Source: Planctomycetota bacterium
GTDB lineage: Bacteria > Planctomycetota > B15-G4 > SIAN01
Length of the DNA stretch: 64,000 nt
Direction of reading: 5' to 3'
Assembly: GCA_031409275.1 (NCBI GenBank)
Contig: JANNXA010000055.1
Coordinates: 288,001-352,000 of the forward strand
Position 1 is the stretch's first letter; each line of letters begins with the position of its first letter. The notes beneath the pieces are model-generated. The model did not search any database. It was not told where the DNA came from and was given only the letters and a program-made list of their open reading frames with translations. Of this stretch, positions 1 to 8,995 are shown in pieces. The position numbers and the translations under genes are program-made.

Positions 1-1
1 G

Positions 2-1333
2 CCGCTGCTGCTGACCGACCTCGGCGGCGGGATGACGCACCAGCTCGACGTGCCGTGGATCGCCGCGCTTGGCATCCGCTTTCATCTCGGCGTCGACGGC
101 ATCTCCGCTCCGCTCGTCGTGCTGACCACGTTGCTGATGCCGCTGGTGGTGCTGGCCTCCTACGGACACGTCCACGATCGCGTGCGGCAGTACTGCGTCC
201 TGCTGCTGGCCATGGAAGCGGGGATGATCGGCGTCTTCGCCGCGCTCGACCTCGTGCTCTTCTACGTCTTCTTCGAGATGAGCCTGATCCCGCTCTATCT
301 GGTGATCGGCATCTACGGCGGCGCGCGCCGCACCTACGCCGCGCTCAAGTTCGTCCTCTTCACGGTGGCCGGCTCGCTGCTCCTGCTGCTCGGCATCCTC
401 TACGTGATGCACGCGACCGGCAGCGCCGACTTCGCGGCGCTGCGCCGCGCGACGCTCAGCGTGCGCGAGCAGGCGTGGCTGTTCGCCGCCTTCGCCGCCG
501 CCTTCTGCGTGAAGGTGCCGCTGGTTCCGTTCCACACCTGGCTGCCCGATGCGCACGTCGAGGCGCCGACGGGCGGCTCGGTGATCCTGGCTGGCGTGAC
601 CCTCAAGATGGGCACCTACGGCCTGCTGCGCTTCTGCCTACCGCTCTTCCCGGCGGCGAGCGTCGAGCACGCGCCGTTGCTGCTGACGCTGGCGGTGGTC
701 GGCATCCTCTACGGCGCGCTGCTGGCCTGGGCGCAGACCGACTTGAAGAAGATCATCGCCTACTCGTCGGTGAGCCACCTCGGCTTCGTCGTGCTCGGGA
801 TCTTCGCGATGCAGTCGACCGCCGCCACCGGGGCGACGCTGCAGATGATCAACCACGGACTCTCGACCGGCGCGCTCTTCCTGTTGATCGGGATGATCTA
901 CGAGCGTGCCCACACCCGGCAGCTCGCCGACTTCGGCGGCCTGGCGCGCACGATGCCGCGCTTCGCGATCTGCCTGGTCTTCGCGACGCTCTCGTCGATC
1001 GGACTGCCCGGCCTGAACGGCTTCATCGGAGAGTTCCTGATCCTGATCGGCACGTGGCGCGACCATGCGCTCGCCGCGAGCCTCGCCTCGCTCGGCGTCC
1101 TGCTCGGCGCGATCTACATGCTCGGGCTGGTGAAGGGGCTGCTGTTCGGACCGGTCGTCCACCCGAAGACGGCGACCTGGCGCGACTTGAACCTGCGCGA
1201 GATGCTCACGCTGGCGCCGCTGTTCGCGCTGATGATCGCGTTGGGATTCGCGCCGCGGCCGCTGCTGAAGCGCATCGAACCGGCCGTCGAGCGGATGCTC
1301 GAAGCGCCGCGCCTTGCGATCGAGGGGAAGTGA
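2..1333 (+). CDS. nuoM: NADH-quinone oxidoreductase subunit M (5'-truncated by window edge)
   Basis: Hydrophobic antiporter-like subunit with LGVDGIS, FYVFFE, KVPLVPFHTWLPDAHVEAPT, LKMGTYG, IAYSSVSHLG and GLPGLNGFIGEFL. The frame is open from base 2. Confidence 0.95.
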   Translation, partial: PLLLTDLGGGMTHQLDVPWIAALGIRFHLGVDGISAPLVVLTTLLMPLVVLASYGHVHDRVRQYCVLLLAMEAGMIGVFAALDLVLFYVFFEMSLIPLYLVIGIYGGARRTYAALKFVLFTVAGSLLLLLGILYVMHATGSADFAALRRATLSVREQAWLFAAFAAAFCVKVPLVPFHTWLPDAHVEAPTGGSVILAGVTLKMGTYGLLRFCLPLFPAASVEHAPLLLTLAVVGILYGALLAWAQTDLKKIIAYSSVSHLGFVVLGIFAMQSTAATGATLQMINHGLSTGALFLLIGMIYERAHTRQLADFGGLARTMPRFAICLVFATLSSIGLPGLNGFIGEFLILIGTWRDHALAASLASLGVLLGAIYMLGLVKGLLFGPVVHPKTATWRDLNLREMLTLAPLFALMIALGFAPRPLLKRIEPAVERMLEAPRLAIEGK

Positions 1334-2778
1334 TGGACGTCGCCGCCGACCTCGCCGCCACCGCGCCGTTATGGCTGCCGATGGTCGGCTGCCTTGCGGT
1401 GCTGCTGGCGGAGACGCTGTCGCCGAACCGCACCGGCAAGTTGCCGGCACTCCTCGCAGGCGCGACCCTGGCGCTGGCGCTGGTGCGTCTGGCGACGACG
1501 AGTCCGACCTCGCGCCAGCCCTTCGGCGTGCTCGCGGATGACGCGCTCGCTCGCTCGTTGACCGGGCTCTTGCTGGTGATCGGGCTCGCCGTCGTCGTGA
1601 TGGCCGAGCCGCTGCTCGAGCGCCTCGCGCTGGCGCGCGGCGAGTTCTTCGCGCTGATGCTGGCGTCGCTGTCCGGCATGGTGCTGCTGGTCGCGGCGCG
1701 CGACCTGCTGGTGCTGTTCCTCGCGATCGAGCTGCTGTCGATCCCGCTCTATGTGCTGGCCGCGTTCCGCCGGCTGTCGAGCCCATCGCTCGAGAGCGGC
1801 TTCAAGTACTTCCTGCTCGGCGCGTTCGCCTCGGGCTTCCTCGTCTACGGCATCGCGCTGCTCTTCTCGACCGTCGGCGACACCCGTTACTCCGCGCTCG
1901 CGGCGCTCTCGCGCGACCCGGCCCATCTGGGAACGGTCTGGAACGTCGGCTGCGCGATGTTGCTGGTCGGGCTCGGCTTCAAGGTGGCCGCGGCGCCGTT
2001 CCACGCCTGGACGCCCGACGTCTACCAGGGCGCGCCGACACCCGTGACCGCGTTCATGGCGGCCGGAGTGAAGACCGCGGCGTTCGGCGCCCTGCTGCGC
2101 CTCGCCATCGAGATCCTGCCCGACACCGCTTCGCTGCGCACCGGGATCGCGGTGCTCGCCTGCATCAGCATGGTGGTCGGCAACCTCGGCGCGCTGATGC
2201 AGACGAACCTGAAGCGACTGCTCGCCTGGTCGTCGATCGCGCACGCCGGCTATCTGCTGGTCGGCATCCTCGCGGTGGTGGCGGGCGCCGAGGCCGCGGC
2301 GCGCGACGCCGTCGTCTTCTACCTCGCCTCCTACTCGCTCACGACGCTCGCGGCATTCGCCTGGATCGAGCACCTCGGCCGCGAAACGCCGGCGCTGCAG
2401 GACCTGCGCGCGCTGAAAGGGCTGGCGCGCCAACGACCATGGCTCGCGCTGGCGCTGACGCTCTGCTTCCTGTCGCTCGCCGGGGTGCCGCTGACCGCAG
2501 GATTCCTCGGCAAGTACTTCGTGCTGAAGGCCGCATTCGAGCTCGGCACCGCGCTGCTGGTGCCGATGATCGTGCTGGCGCTGACGTCCGTGATCGCGCT
2601 TGGCTACTACCTGCGCGTGCTCGCGACGCTCTACATGGAGCGACCGGCCAACGAGGATGCGCCGGCGCCGCTGCTGTTCGCGCCGGCCGGGCTCGCGCTG
2701 CTGACGGCAGTGGCCAGCGGCGCCCTGCTCCTGTTCGGAATGTGGCCGGCGCCGCTGCTGCGCTGGCTCGCCTCCTAA
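1333..2778 (+). CDS. nuoN: NADH-quinone oxidoreductase subunit N
   Basis: ATG overlaps the nuoM stop (TGATG). Motifs ESGFKYFLLGAFAS, FKVAAAPFHAWTPDVYQGAPTPVT, NLKRLLAWSSIAHAGY, GVPLTAGFLGK. Confidence 0.95.
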   Translation: MDVAADLAATAPLWLPMVGCLAVLLAETLSPNRTGKLPALLAGATLALALVRLATTSPTSRQPFGVLADDALARSLTGLLLVIGLAVVVMAEPLLERLALARGEFFALMLASLSGMVLLVAARDLLVLFLAIELLSIPLYVLAAFRRLSSPSLESGFKYFLLGAFASGFLVYGIALLFSTVGDTRYSALAALSRDPAHLGTVWNVGCAMLLVGLGFKVAAAPFHAWTPDVYQGAPTPVTAFMAAGVKTAAFGALLRLAIEILPDTASLRTGIAVLACISMVVGNLGALMQTNLKRLLAWSSIAHAGYLLVGILAVVAGAEAAARDAVVFYLASYSLTTLAAFAWIEHLGRETPALQDLRALKGLARQRPWLALALTLCFLSLAGVPLTAGFLGKYFVLKAAFELGTALLVPMIVLALTSVIALGYYLRVLATLYMERPANEDAPAPLLFAPAGLALLTAVASGALLLFGMWPAPLLRWLAS

Positions 2779-2938
2779 CAGCCCGTTGGAGAAGTCACCG
2801 CGAGTCTGGCGAGCGGATTTCGAGTCGGAACGAGGAGGAGGTTCGAAGCCAACTCCCCTGTGAGTTGTCGAGAGACTCCGACGAAGTAGCGGCTTGAAAG
2901 ACGCCGCCAGGCGACACGGGGAGTTCTCCAACGGGCTG
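2779..2938. mobile_element. 160-bp MITE-like element with 15-bp perfect terminal inverted repeats and CTAA target-site duplication
   Basis: CAGCCCGTTGGAGAA (2779-2793) and TTCTCCAACGGGCTG (2924-2938), extendable to 22 bp with 2 mismatches. CTAA flanks both sides (2775-2778, 2939-2942). The interior is an imperfect palindrome. Confidence 0.8.
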
Positions 2939-2948
2939 CTAAGCCTGA

Positions 2949-3108
2949 GAGTCGGCCCGAGTATTTCGAGCCGACTTCGCCCGGCTGCGCCGACCGATCG
3001 CAGTGTCGGAGCTCCTCATCGACCTCCCTGAAGTCGATGTCGTCGCTCCTCCTCGCGCTCGGACGACTCGCTCTGGCTTCGGCCTGGCCCGAATCCTAGG
3101 ACTGACTC
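2949..3108. repeat. Second 160-bp imperfect palindromic element
   Basis: Ends GAGTCGGCCCGAGTATTTCGAGCC and GGCCCGAATCCTAGGACTGACTC are imperfect inverted repeats. Central ATCGAC...GTCGAT hairpin. Shares GTCGGAG...CTCCTCCTCG with the reverse complement of the 2779 element. Confidence 0.6.
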
Positions 3109-3175
3109 CACGGCGAGCGGACCCTGCCAACGGGCGCGACGCCGTTGCGTCGGCCCACTGGCCGGACGTCGTCGG

Positions 3176-3502
3176 CTACGGCAGCTCCTGCTCGTGCAGG
3201 CGGCGCTCGAAGTGGACGGCGATGCCGAGCGTGCCGGGTGACACCTGCTCCATGCGGATCACTTTCGCCGGCGCGGTGACTTCGCGGCCGTTGGCCGTGT
3301 AGGTGACTTCGAGCTTGAGCTCATCGCTGGTGACGAAGTAGGCGCCGCTGCGCGAGATGTCGCGGCCGCCCCCCATCAGCTGGGTGGCGTCGATTCGCGC
3401 GGTGAAGACCGCATGCGTGACGCGGCGCGTGTTGCCGCGTCGCTCGACGACCGTATTCGCGCCCGTTCGATCGAATTCCTGCTGGCTGCTGCCGCTGGCC
3501 AT
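3176..3502 (-). CDS. Stand-alone PilZ domain protein (c-di-GMP receptor)
   Basis: RxxxR (ERRGNTRR) and DxSxxG (DISRSG) motifs, C-terminal GIAVHF strand, GGAGG SD upstream. Confidence 0.8.
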   Translation of the reverse strand: MASGSSQQEFDRTGANTVVERRGNTRRVTHAVFTARIDATQLMGGGRDISRSGAYFVTSDELKLEVTYTANGREVTAPAKVIRMEQVSPGTLGIAVHFERRLHEQELP

Positions 3503-3624
3503 CACACGCTCCTCCGTTCGTCCGCTCCGGCAGCCGCGATCGCGTCGCGGTCACTTCCGGCGCCCCTCGGAAGTCCCGCGCCGCGCCATCCGCGGCGAAC
3601 GGAAAGAACTTCCGACTCCCGCTG

Positions 3625-3651
3625 CATCGGCAGGATCGAGCGGCGACTTGA
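3625..3651 (-). promoter_or_regulatory. Putative sigma28 (FliA)-type promoter for the PilZ gene
   Basis: Minus strand TCAAG-N15-GCCGATG, about 120 nt upstream of the start codon. Confidence 0.5.
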
Positions 3652-3690
3652 GCGCGGCGACGCGGGGGACCCTGCGCCGCAAGTTGCCCG

Positions 3691-4965
3691 TCAGCGGATC
3701 TCGGTGCAGAGCCCGCAGGCGGCGAAGAGGTCGTCGAGCGGCGCACCCGCCGCCGTCACCAGTGCCGCCCGCGCGTAGCGGTCGCACTCGGCCGCGGCCG
3801 GGAACGCGGCGATCAGCTCGCCCCGACCCGGGCCGGCCCGCGCAAACTCCTCTTCGTACGCGGCGAGGAAGCGCGCATAGAAGCCACGGCCGCCGCGCCG
3901 CGCCGCCTCCTCGACCAGGGCCGTCGCCCACGCGTAACCCGCCGCGCAGCGATCCGGGTCGTCGGGAGGTTCGGCCAACGGCAGCACGGCGTTGTCGGGC
4001 GGGTCGCCCGGTCGGTGGAAGGCGTCCCCCTCGCGCCGCAACCGAGCGAGCGCGTCCCGCTGGCGCTTCGGCCCTTCGATGCCGGCGACGGTGGCATCGG
4101 CCACGTCCAGCGCCAGCGCGCACGCGAGCCCTTCACTCCACGACCAGGGCAGTCCGAGCACCCGCTCCTCTTCGACCACGTGGAACAGTTCGTGCGCGTA
4201 ACCGCGCCACGGCAAGTGGAGCTCGTCCTCACGCAGGAAGAGCGCATGACCGTGCTGGAAGCCGCCGCTCACGTCGAACGCGGTGGCGGCCGCTGGCAAC
4301 GCGATCAACGCCACCCGCCGCTCGAGACGCGCCGCGAGCAGCGACTCGACCGCTGCCGCCTGCCCCATGAGGAGCTTCAGCGTCCATTCGGGATCGGAGA
4401 GCGACGCGCCCGGCGCGGCGCGCACTTCGAAGCGCCCATCGGCGCTGCGCCACGCGCTTCGTGGTTCGTCGGGGAGCGGCGCGCCTCGCATCAACGCCAA
4501 CAAGTCGAGTTGCGCCGCCGGAGAGGCCGCCCCTTTCTCGAGCACGATCGTGGTCGCGCCGAGCGGCCACTCGCCCAGCGCCACCCACTCCAGACACTCG
4601 CGGTGAGCACGCGGCTCCACGCGGCACTTCGACGACTCCGTCGCGCCCCGCCACGCAACGGTCCAATCGAGCGGCGCCCCCACGACCGAGCAACGCAACG
4701 CCACCCGCTCGCCCGGCGCGGCGTCAGGCAACGCCAGCTCGACACGGCATGCGCCCGCTGGCAGCGCCACCGCCTCGCCACCGCTCGCGACGAATGACTC
4801 GGCCATCTTCGGCAGCTGCGCCGCGTCGATCCACGCGGCCTCGACCTCGATCCGCCGCTCGCGCGCGCCGCGATCCGCGCCTTGGAAGTCCCCTCCGCGA
4901 CATGCCGCGCCGACGAGCAACAGCCCCGCAACGCCCGCCCGAAGCCGCCGCGCGCCGGCGCTCAC
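3691..4965 (-). CDS. Putative lipoprotein with gluzincin (peptidase MA-like) domain
   Basis: GTG overlaps the upstream stop (GTGA). Signal LLLVGAAC. YAHELFH followed by PWSWSEGLA. Confidence 0.6.
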   Translation of the reverse strand: MSAGARRLRAGVAGLLLVGAACRGGDFQGADRGARERRIEVEAAWIDAAQLPKMAESFVASGGEAVALPAGACRVELALPDAAPGERVALRCSVVGAPLDWTVAWRGATESSKCRVEPRAHRECLEWVALGEWPLGATTIVLEKGAASPAAQLDLLALMRGAPLPDEPRSAWRSADGRFEVRAAPGASLSDPEWTLKLLMGQAAAVESLLAARLERRVALIALPAAATAFDVSGGFQHGHALFLREDELHLPWRGYAHELFHVVEEERVLGLPWSWSEGLACALALDVADATVAGIEGPKRQRDALARLRREGDAFHRPGDPPDNAVLPLAEPPDDPDRCAAGYAWATALVEEAARRGGRGFYARFLAAYEEEFARAGPGRGELIAAFPAAAECDRYARAALVTAAGAPLDDLFAACGLCTEIR

Positions 4966-5453
4966 CGTTCGCCCCACGTCTTCATCGGGCGATAGAGCTG
5001 GCCGAGCCGTTCGTAGAAGCCACCACAGTGGACCGACGCGCCGAAGGCATCGAAGTCGTGATGGTGCACGAACTCGTGCAGCAGCGTCTCGAGCAGCGAC
5101 TTGAAGGCGACCGGCCGCTCCTGCGCCGCCGTACGCACGAAGACCTCGATCGCGCCATGCATCCGGCATTGGCCATGCAACTCGTAGACGATGCGACCGC
5201 CGCGCCGCCGATGGGGTCGCGGCTCGTCGCGCAGGACCACTTTCTTGCGCGCCAGCACGAACTCGTCGCAGAGCAGATCGACGAGGCGTTGCGAGGCCGT
5301 GGTCAGCGCCTTCACTTCGGAACCGTCGCTGAAGGCGGCATGCGCCCCGACGAACGCGTCGAGCCGCGGCGGCGCCGCCACCAGCAGACGCCGCGTGAGC
5401 GTGGCGTCCAGACGAGCGCGATCGAGGCGGCGGAAGAGTGGGTCAGCAACCAT
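4962..5453 (-). CDS. Small SprT-like zinc metalloprotease domain protein
   Basis: ETLLHEFVHHHD...HCGGF: HExxH plus a downstream HxxxF, as in SprT/YgjP-type minigluzincins. Confidence 0.6.
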   Translation of the reverse strand: MVADPLFRRLDRARLDATLTRRLLVAAPPRLDAFVGAHAAFSDGSEVKALTTASQRLVDLLCDEFVLARKKVVLRDEPRPHRRRGGRIVYELHGQCRMHGAIEVFVRTAAQERPVAFKSLLETLLHEFVHHHDFDAFGASVHCGGFYERLGQLYRPMKTWGER

Positions 5454-5565
5454 CGCGACGCGGCACTGTAGCGAGCGGCGCGCACGTCGATCGCGGCACC
5501 GTGATCGGCGGCGCCACCGACGCCTTCCTTCGCACGCAGGACGCCGCGCTGCGGGTGAAGGCTGA

Positions 5566-5742
5566 CCTCACCAGCGCCTGCTGCCCGCGCGGGGCGCCCT
5601 GTTGAGCGACGACGTCCCGAACGATCCGGCGCTCGCGTTCGTCGACATCGACGTCGAGGTGCTCGAAGCCGACCCAGCCGCCAGCACGAAGCTCTCGTTC
5701 ACGGACGGACTCCGATGGCGCCTCGGCGACGACCTGCCATGA
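5566..5742 (+). pseudogene. Orphan C-terminal gene fragment
   Basis: Reads LPARGALLSDDVPNDPALAFVDIDVEVLEADPAASTKLSFTDGLRWRLGDDLP*. It has coding-like codon use but an in-frame TGA at 5563-5565 and no good start. Ends in a 13-bp tandem duplication. Confidence 0.45.
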
Positions 5743-5760
5743 CGACCTGCCATGACGACC
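5728..5760. repeat. 13-bp tandem repeat GACGACCTGCCAT x2.5
   Basis: Directly visible at 5728-5740, 5741-5753 and partially at 5754-5760. Confidence 0.9.
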
Positions 5761-5844
5761 CGTCCGGCGGCGCTATCTTCCGGCGACGCGCTCTTCGATC
5801 GCTCGAGGAGCGAGTCGTCGCGGAGAGTTCCCATCGTCAGGCTC

Positions 5845-7506
5845 GTGAAGCGACTGCTGCTCGCCATCGTCGTTGCCCCCGCGCTCGTCACGTTGCTGCT
5901 GCTCGGCGCGGAAGCGGTCGCGCGGCTTGCTCTCGCCGCCGACTCAGCGGCCGCGCCAGCGCGCTACTTCGTCGCCAGCGCGGATGGCCGCGCCCTCGTC
6001 CCCGGCCCGCGACCCCCTCATGGGGGTGCGCACTTCCGCGTCGAGCGGCTCGAGCGGGAGAAGGCGCCAGGCGTCGTGCGCGTGGTCTGCCTTGGCGATT
6101 CGACCGTGCATGGCCATCCCTTCGATCCGCCGGCGCCCTTCGCCGACTGGCTCGCCGCGCGCCTCCCCGAGCTGCTGCCTGGCCACCGTTTCGAGGTGTG
6201 GAACCTCGGCGTCAACGGCATGAACGCGGAGGCGGTCGCCGATGTGGCCGCCGAGCTTGCGCCGCTTTCGCCCGACCTCGCGATCGTCTACGTCGGCCAC
6301 AACGAGTTCCTCGATCAGCACTTGCCGGCCGCGATGCGACCGTGGAGCCACGCGCTGCACCGCGCGCTCGGCGGCAGCTGGTTCTTCGGTTGGCTCGCGC
6401 AACGGCTCGGCAGCGTGGCGAACCGCGATGACACCGCGATGGGTGGCGACCGGCTGCTCCTCGAGCGGCTGCGCGACCGCGGCGCGCTCGACGACGAGCC
6501 GCTCCTCGAGCCGGCGCTCATCGACCGCGCGCTCGATCGCTACGAAGCGTCGCTGCAGCGCCTCGTCACGACGCTCGCGGCCGCCGGCACGACCTCGCTC
6601 CTTTGCGTGCCGATCTGCGATCTCCCCGACACGCCTCCGCAACGCTCGACGCTGCCGGTGGAAGCCACGGCGGCCGAGCGAACCCAACTGCGTGCAGAGC
6701 TTCGCGATCCAGGCTTCGATCGCGCCGCCCACGCCGCCGCCTGGCAGTCGCGATGGCCGCAAGTCGCCGCCGTCCGCTACGCGCTCGGACAGCTCGCGCA
6801 ACGCAACGGCGATTTCGCGATGGCGCATCGCGAGTTCATCGCGGCGCGCGACCTCGACGGCCATCCGGTGCGCGCGACCACGGAACTGCAGGAGCGCATG
6901 CGTCGAGTCGCGACCCGCGAGCGAGCGCTGCTGATCGATCCGTGGCCGGCGCTCACGAACGCCTCTGGCGCGACCGGACTCGCCGGTCAGAACGGCTGGT
7001 TCGTCGACTACGTGCACCCCGATCTGCGCGGCCACGAGCTGCTTGCCGACGCGCTCCTGCACGGCCTCGCCGACGCGAATTGGCTGGCTCCTCGCGATGA
7101 GTGGCGCTTCGCCGACGAGCCCGATCGCGCCGCCTACGCGCTGCGCATGGGTCTCTCGCCTGCGGCGCAGGCGACATCGCTGGCACGCCGCGGACTCTTC
7201 GCGCTCGGCCAGGCCTACCTCGATCCCGACAGCGAGCTGGCGAAGGGTGCCGCCGATTCCTTCGAGCGCGCGCTGCGCCTCGATCCCGAGTGCGCGCTCG
7301 GATTCGCCGGCCGTGGCGCGCTGGCGCTGCTGCGGGCGGACGGCAAGGCGGCGCTGGCGGCGTTCGACGAGGCGGCGCGACGCGACCCCGCGGCGCTCGA
7401 CTTCTTCGTGCAAGGCGATGCGACCAACGCCACCGTGCACCAGCTCTTCGAGAAGGCGGGGCTCATGATCCGAAGCGGCCAGATCGTGGCGCGCGAACCC
7501 CGTTGA
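5845..7506 (+). CDS. Membrane-anchored SGNH/GDSL hydrolase with TPR repeats
   Basis: N-terminal TM segment, blocks CLGDSTVHG, NLGVNG, YVGHNE and DYVHP, TPR-like C-terminus. The start could instead be ATG 5752. Confidence 0.8.
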   Translation: MKRLLLAIVVAPALVTLLLLGAEAVARLALAADSAAAPARYFVASADGRALVPGPRPPHGGAHFRVERLEREKAPGVVRVVCLGDSTVHGHPFDPPAPFADWLAARLPELLPGHRFEVWNLGVNGMNAEAVADVAAELAPLSPDLAIVYVGHNEFLDQHLPAAMRPWSHALHRALGGSWFFGWLAQRLGSVANRDDTAMGGDRLLLERLRDRGALDDEPLLEPALIDRALDRYEASLQRLVTTLAAAGTTSLLCVPICDLPDTPPQRSTLPVEATAAERTQLRAELRDPGFDRAAHAAAWQSRWPQVAAVRYALGQLAQRNGDFAMAHREFIAARDLDGHPVRATTELQERMRRVATRERALLIDPWPALTNASGATGLAGQNGWFVDYVHPDLRGHELLADALLHGLADANWLAPRDEWRFADEPDRAAYALRMGLSPAAQATSLARRGLFALGQAYLDPDSELAKGAADSFERALRLDPECALGFAGRGALALLRADGKAALAAFDEAARRDPAALDFFVQGDATNATVHQLFEKAGLMIRSGQIVAREPR

Positions 7507-7523
7507 GCGGTCGCTCGTCGCGC

Positions 7524-8810
7524 TCAATGCGCGAGCGGGGAGCGCTTCGAACGAGCGAGCAGCAGGCAGAGCAGCGCACCGCCGAGCGCGAGCCCGGCAA
7601 GCGCGATGAACACCGGTGGAAAGCCGTGGCTCTGCCAACCCGCGATGGCCGGGTCGGTCGCCAACGAGCCGATCCCGAAACTGACCACGAACTTCATGCC
7701 GTAGGCGAGTCCGCGCACCTGCGGATCTGCGCGCCGCGCGATCAGCTCGTTCTCGAGCGGCTGCGTCCCGAAATGGAAGAACGCGAACAGCGCTCCCGCC
7801 ACCAGCAGCAGCGGCCCCGACAGGAACGCAACGCCGAGCAGCCCGACGGCGCTGATGACGTTCATCAGCGCATAGCGACGCAACCCGCCGCCGCGCCTGG
7901 CGACGCGCGCGCCGAAGAGCTCGCCGACGCTGCCAAACGCGAGCACGAAGGTCGCGACCGGTCCCGCCAGCCTCGCGAAGCTCGCCGGTCCTCCTTCGCC
8001 GACGCGCCACGCCGCGGGCAGCAGATCTGAAAGGCGCAACAGCAACGGCTGCAGCGAGGCGCCGCTGGCGCTTGGCGGCGCGTCGGGCAGCACGCCGGCC
8101 TGCGCGCGGACGAACGACGACCAGCTCGCCCAGAAACCCTGGTGGACCAGACCGTTGCCGATCATCGCCACCATCACGATCAGCAGCGCCGGCGCGAACG
8201 CCAGGCGCCACGGGATGCGGCTGCTGCGGCGCTCTCGTCGCGTCGCGGCGTACTCGACCTCACCCGCCGTGCGCGTCGTGCACCACAGCAGCGCCAACAG
8301 CAGCGCGGCGGCGAGGCCGACCACGCGATAGGTGTGGCGCCAGCCGACGCTCTGCGCCAGCAGCAGCACCAGCGTCGGCGCCAGCGTCGAACCGAAATGG
8401 CCGATGAACCCGTGGATGCCGATGGCGCGCGCGCGCTGCGTCGGGAGCGCTTCGCCGATCCACGCCAGGCCGACCGGATGGTGGAAGGAGGCCGCGACGC
8501 CGATCAGGGCCGCCGCCGGAACGAAGAGCCACGCCCCCGGCGCGAATGCCGCGGCGCCGCTGGCCAGCGCGAGCAGCGCGAGGTAGCCGCCGTAGATCCG
8601 GCGCGTGCCGAAGCGATCGCCAAGCCACCCCGCTCCCGGCGCGCAGAATCCCATCAGGAACGGGCCGAGCGCCACCACCCAACCGATCGAGGCGATGCCC
8701 AGATCGCGCGCCGCCTCGATCACGACTTGCTGGAGCACCAGCGTCGCGATGTGACAAAGAGCGTGACCGCCCGCAGCGACGGCCAGCACGCTGCGCTCGC
8801 TCCGATCCAC
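7524..8810 (-). CDS. MFS transporter
   Basis: About 12 hydrophobic segments, motif A GWLGDRFGTRR, FHHPVG. GTG start after GAGGAGG. Confidence 0.85.
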   Translation of the reverse strand: MDRSERSVLAVAAGGHALCHIATLVLQQVVIEAARDLGIASIGWVVALGPFLMGFCAPGAGWLGDRFGTRRIYGGYLALLALASGAAAFAPGAWLFVPAAALIGVAASFHHPVGLAWIGEALPTQRARAIGIHGFIGHFGSTLAPTLVLLLAQSVGWRHTYRVVGLAAALLLALLWCTTRTAGEVEYAATRRERRSSRIPWRLAFAPALLIVMVAMIGNGLVHQGFWASWSSFVRAQAGVLPDAPPSASGASLQPLLLRLSDLLPAAWRVGEGGPASFARLAGPVATFVLAFGSVGELFGARVARRGGGLRRYALMNVISAVGLLGVAFLSGPLLLVAGALFAFFHFGTQPLENELIARRADPQVRGLAYGMKFVVSFGIGSLATDPAIAGWQSHGFPPVFIALAGLALGGALLCLLLARSKRSPLAH

Positions 8811-8995
8811 GTCGCGCCGCCCCTCCTCGATCCGCTGCCTGCAGCCGCGGCTTGTTGCGCGGCATGACGCGGGCGAGAGTATGGCACCGCCGAGGGATCC
8901 CGAAACGCGCCGCCAAGGAAACCGCTGTGGGCAGTCGCCCTCCCATTCGCACCTCGCAGCGCACGCCGATGGCCCCTCCCCTGGTGCCACGATGG

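Noticed and set aside
55..1332. N-terminal 426 codons of the 907-aa ORF
   Set aside because: Arg/Ala-rich off-frame read of nuoM. The real nuoN begins at 1333.
2779..2938. 6S RNA interpretation of the long hairpin
   Set aside because: Perfect terminal repeats with an exact 4-bp flanking duplication and similar elements nearby favour a MITE. An Rfam search was not possible, so 6S is not formally excluded.
5563..5565. TGA readthrough (selenocysteine) joining ORF 5191-5565 to the downstream fragment
   Set aside because: The upstream frame is an antisense shadow of the SprT-like gene, and no Cys-motif context or SECIS-like hairpin was recognised.
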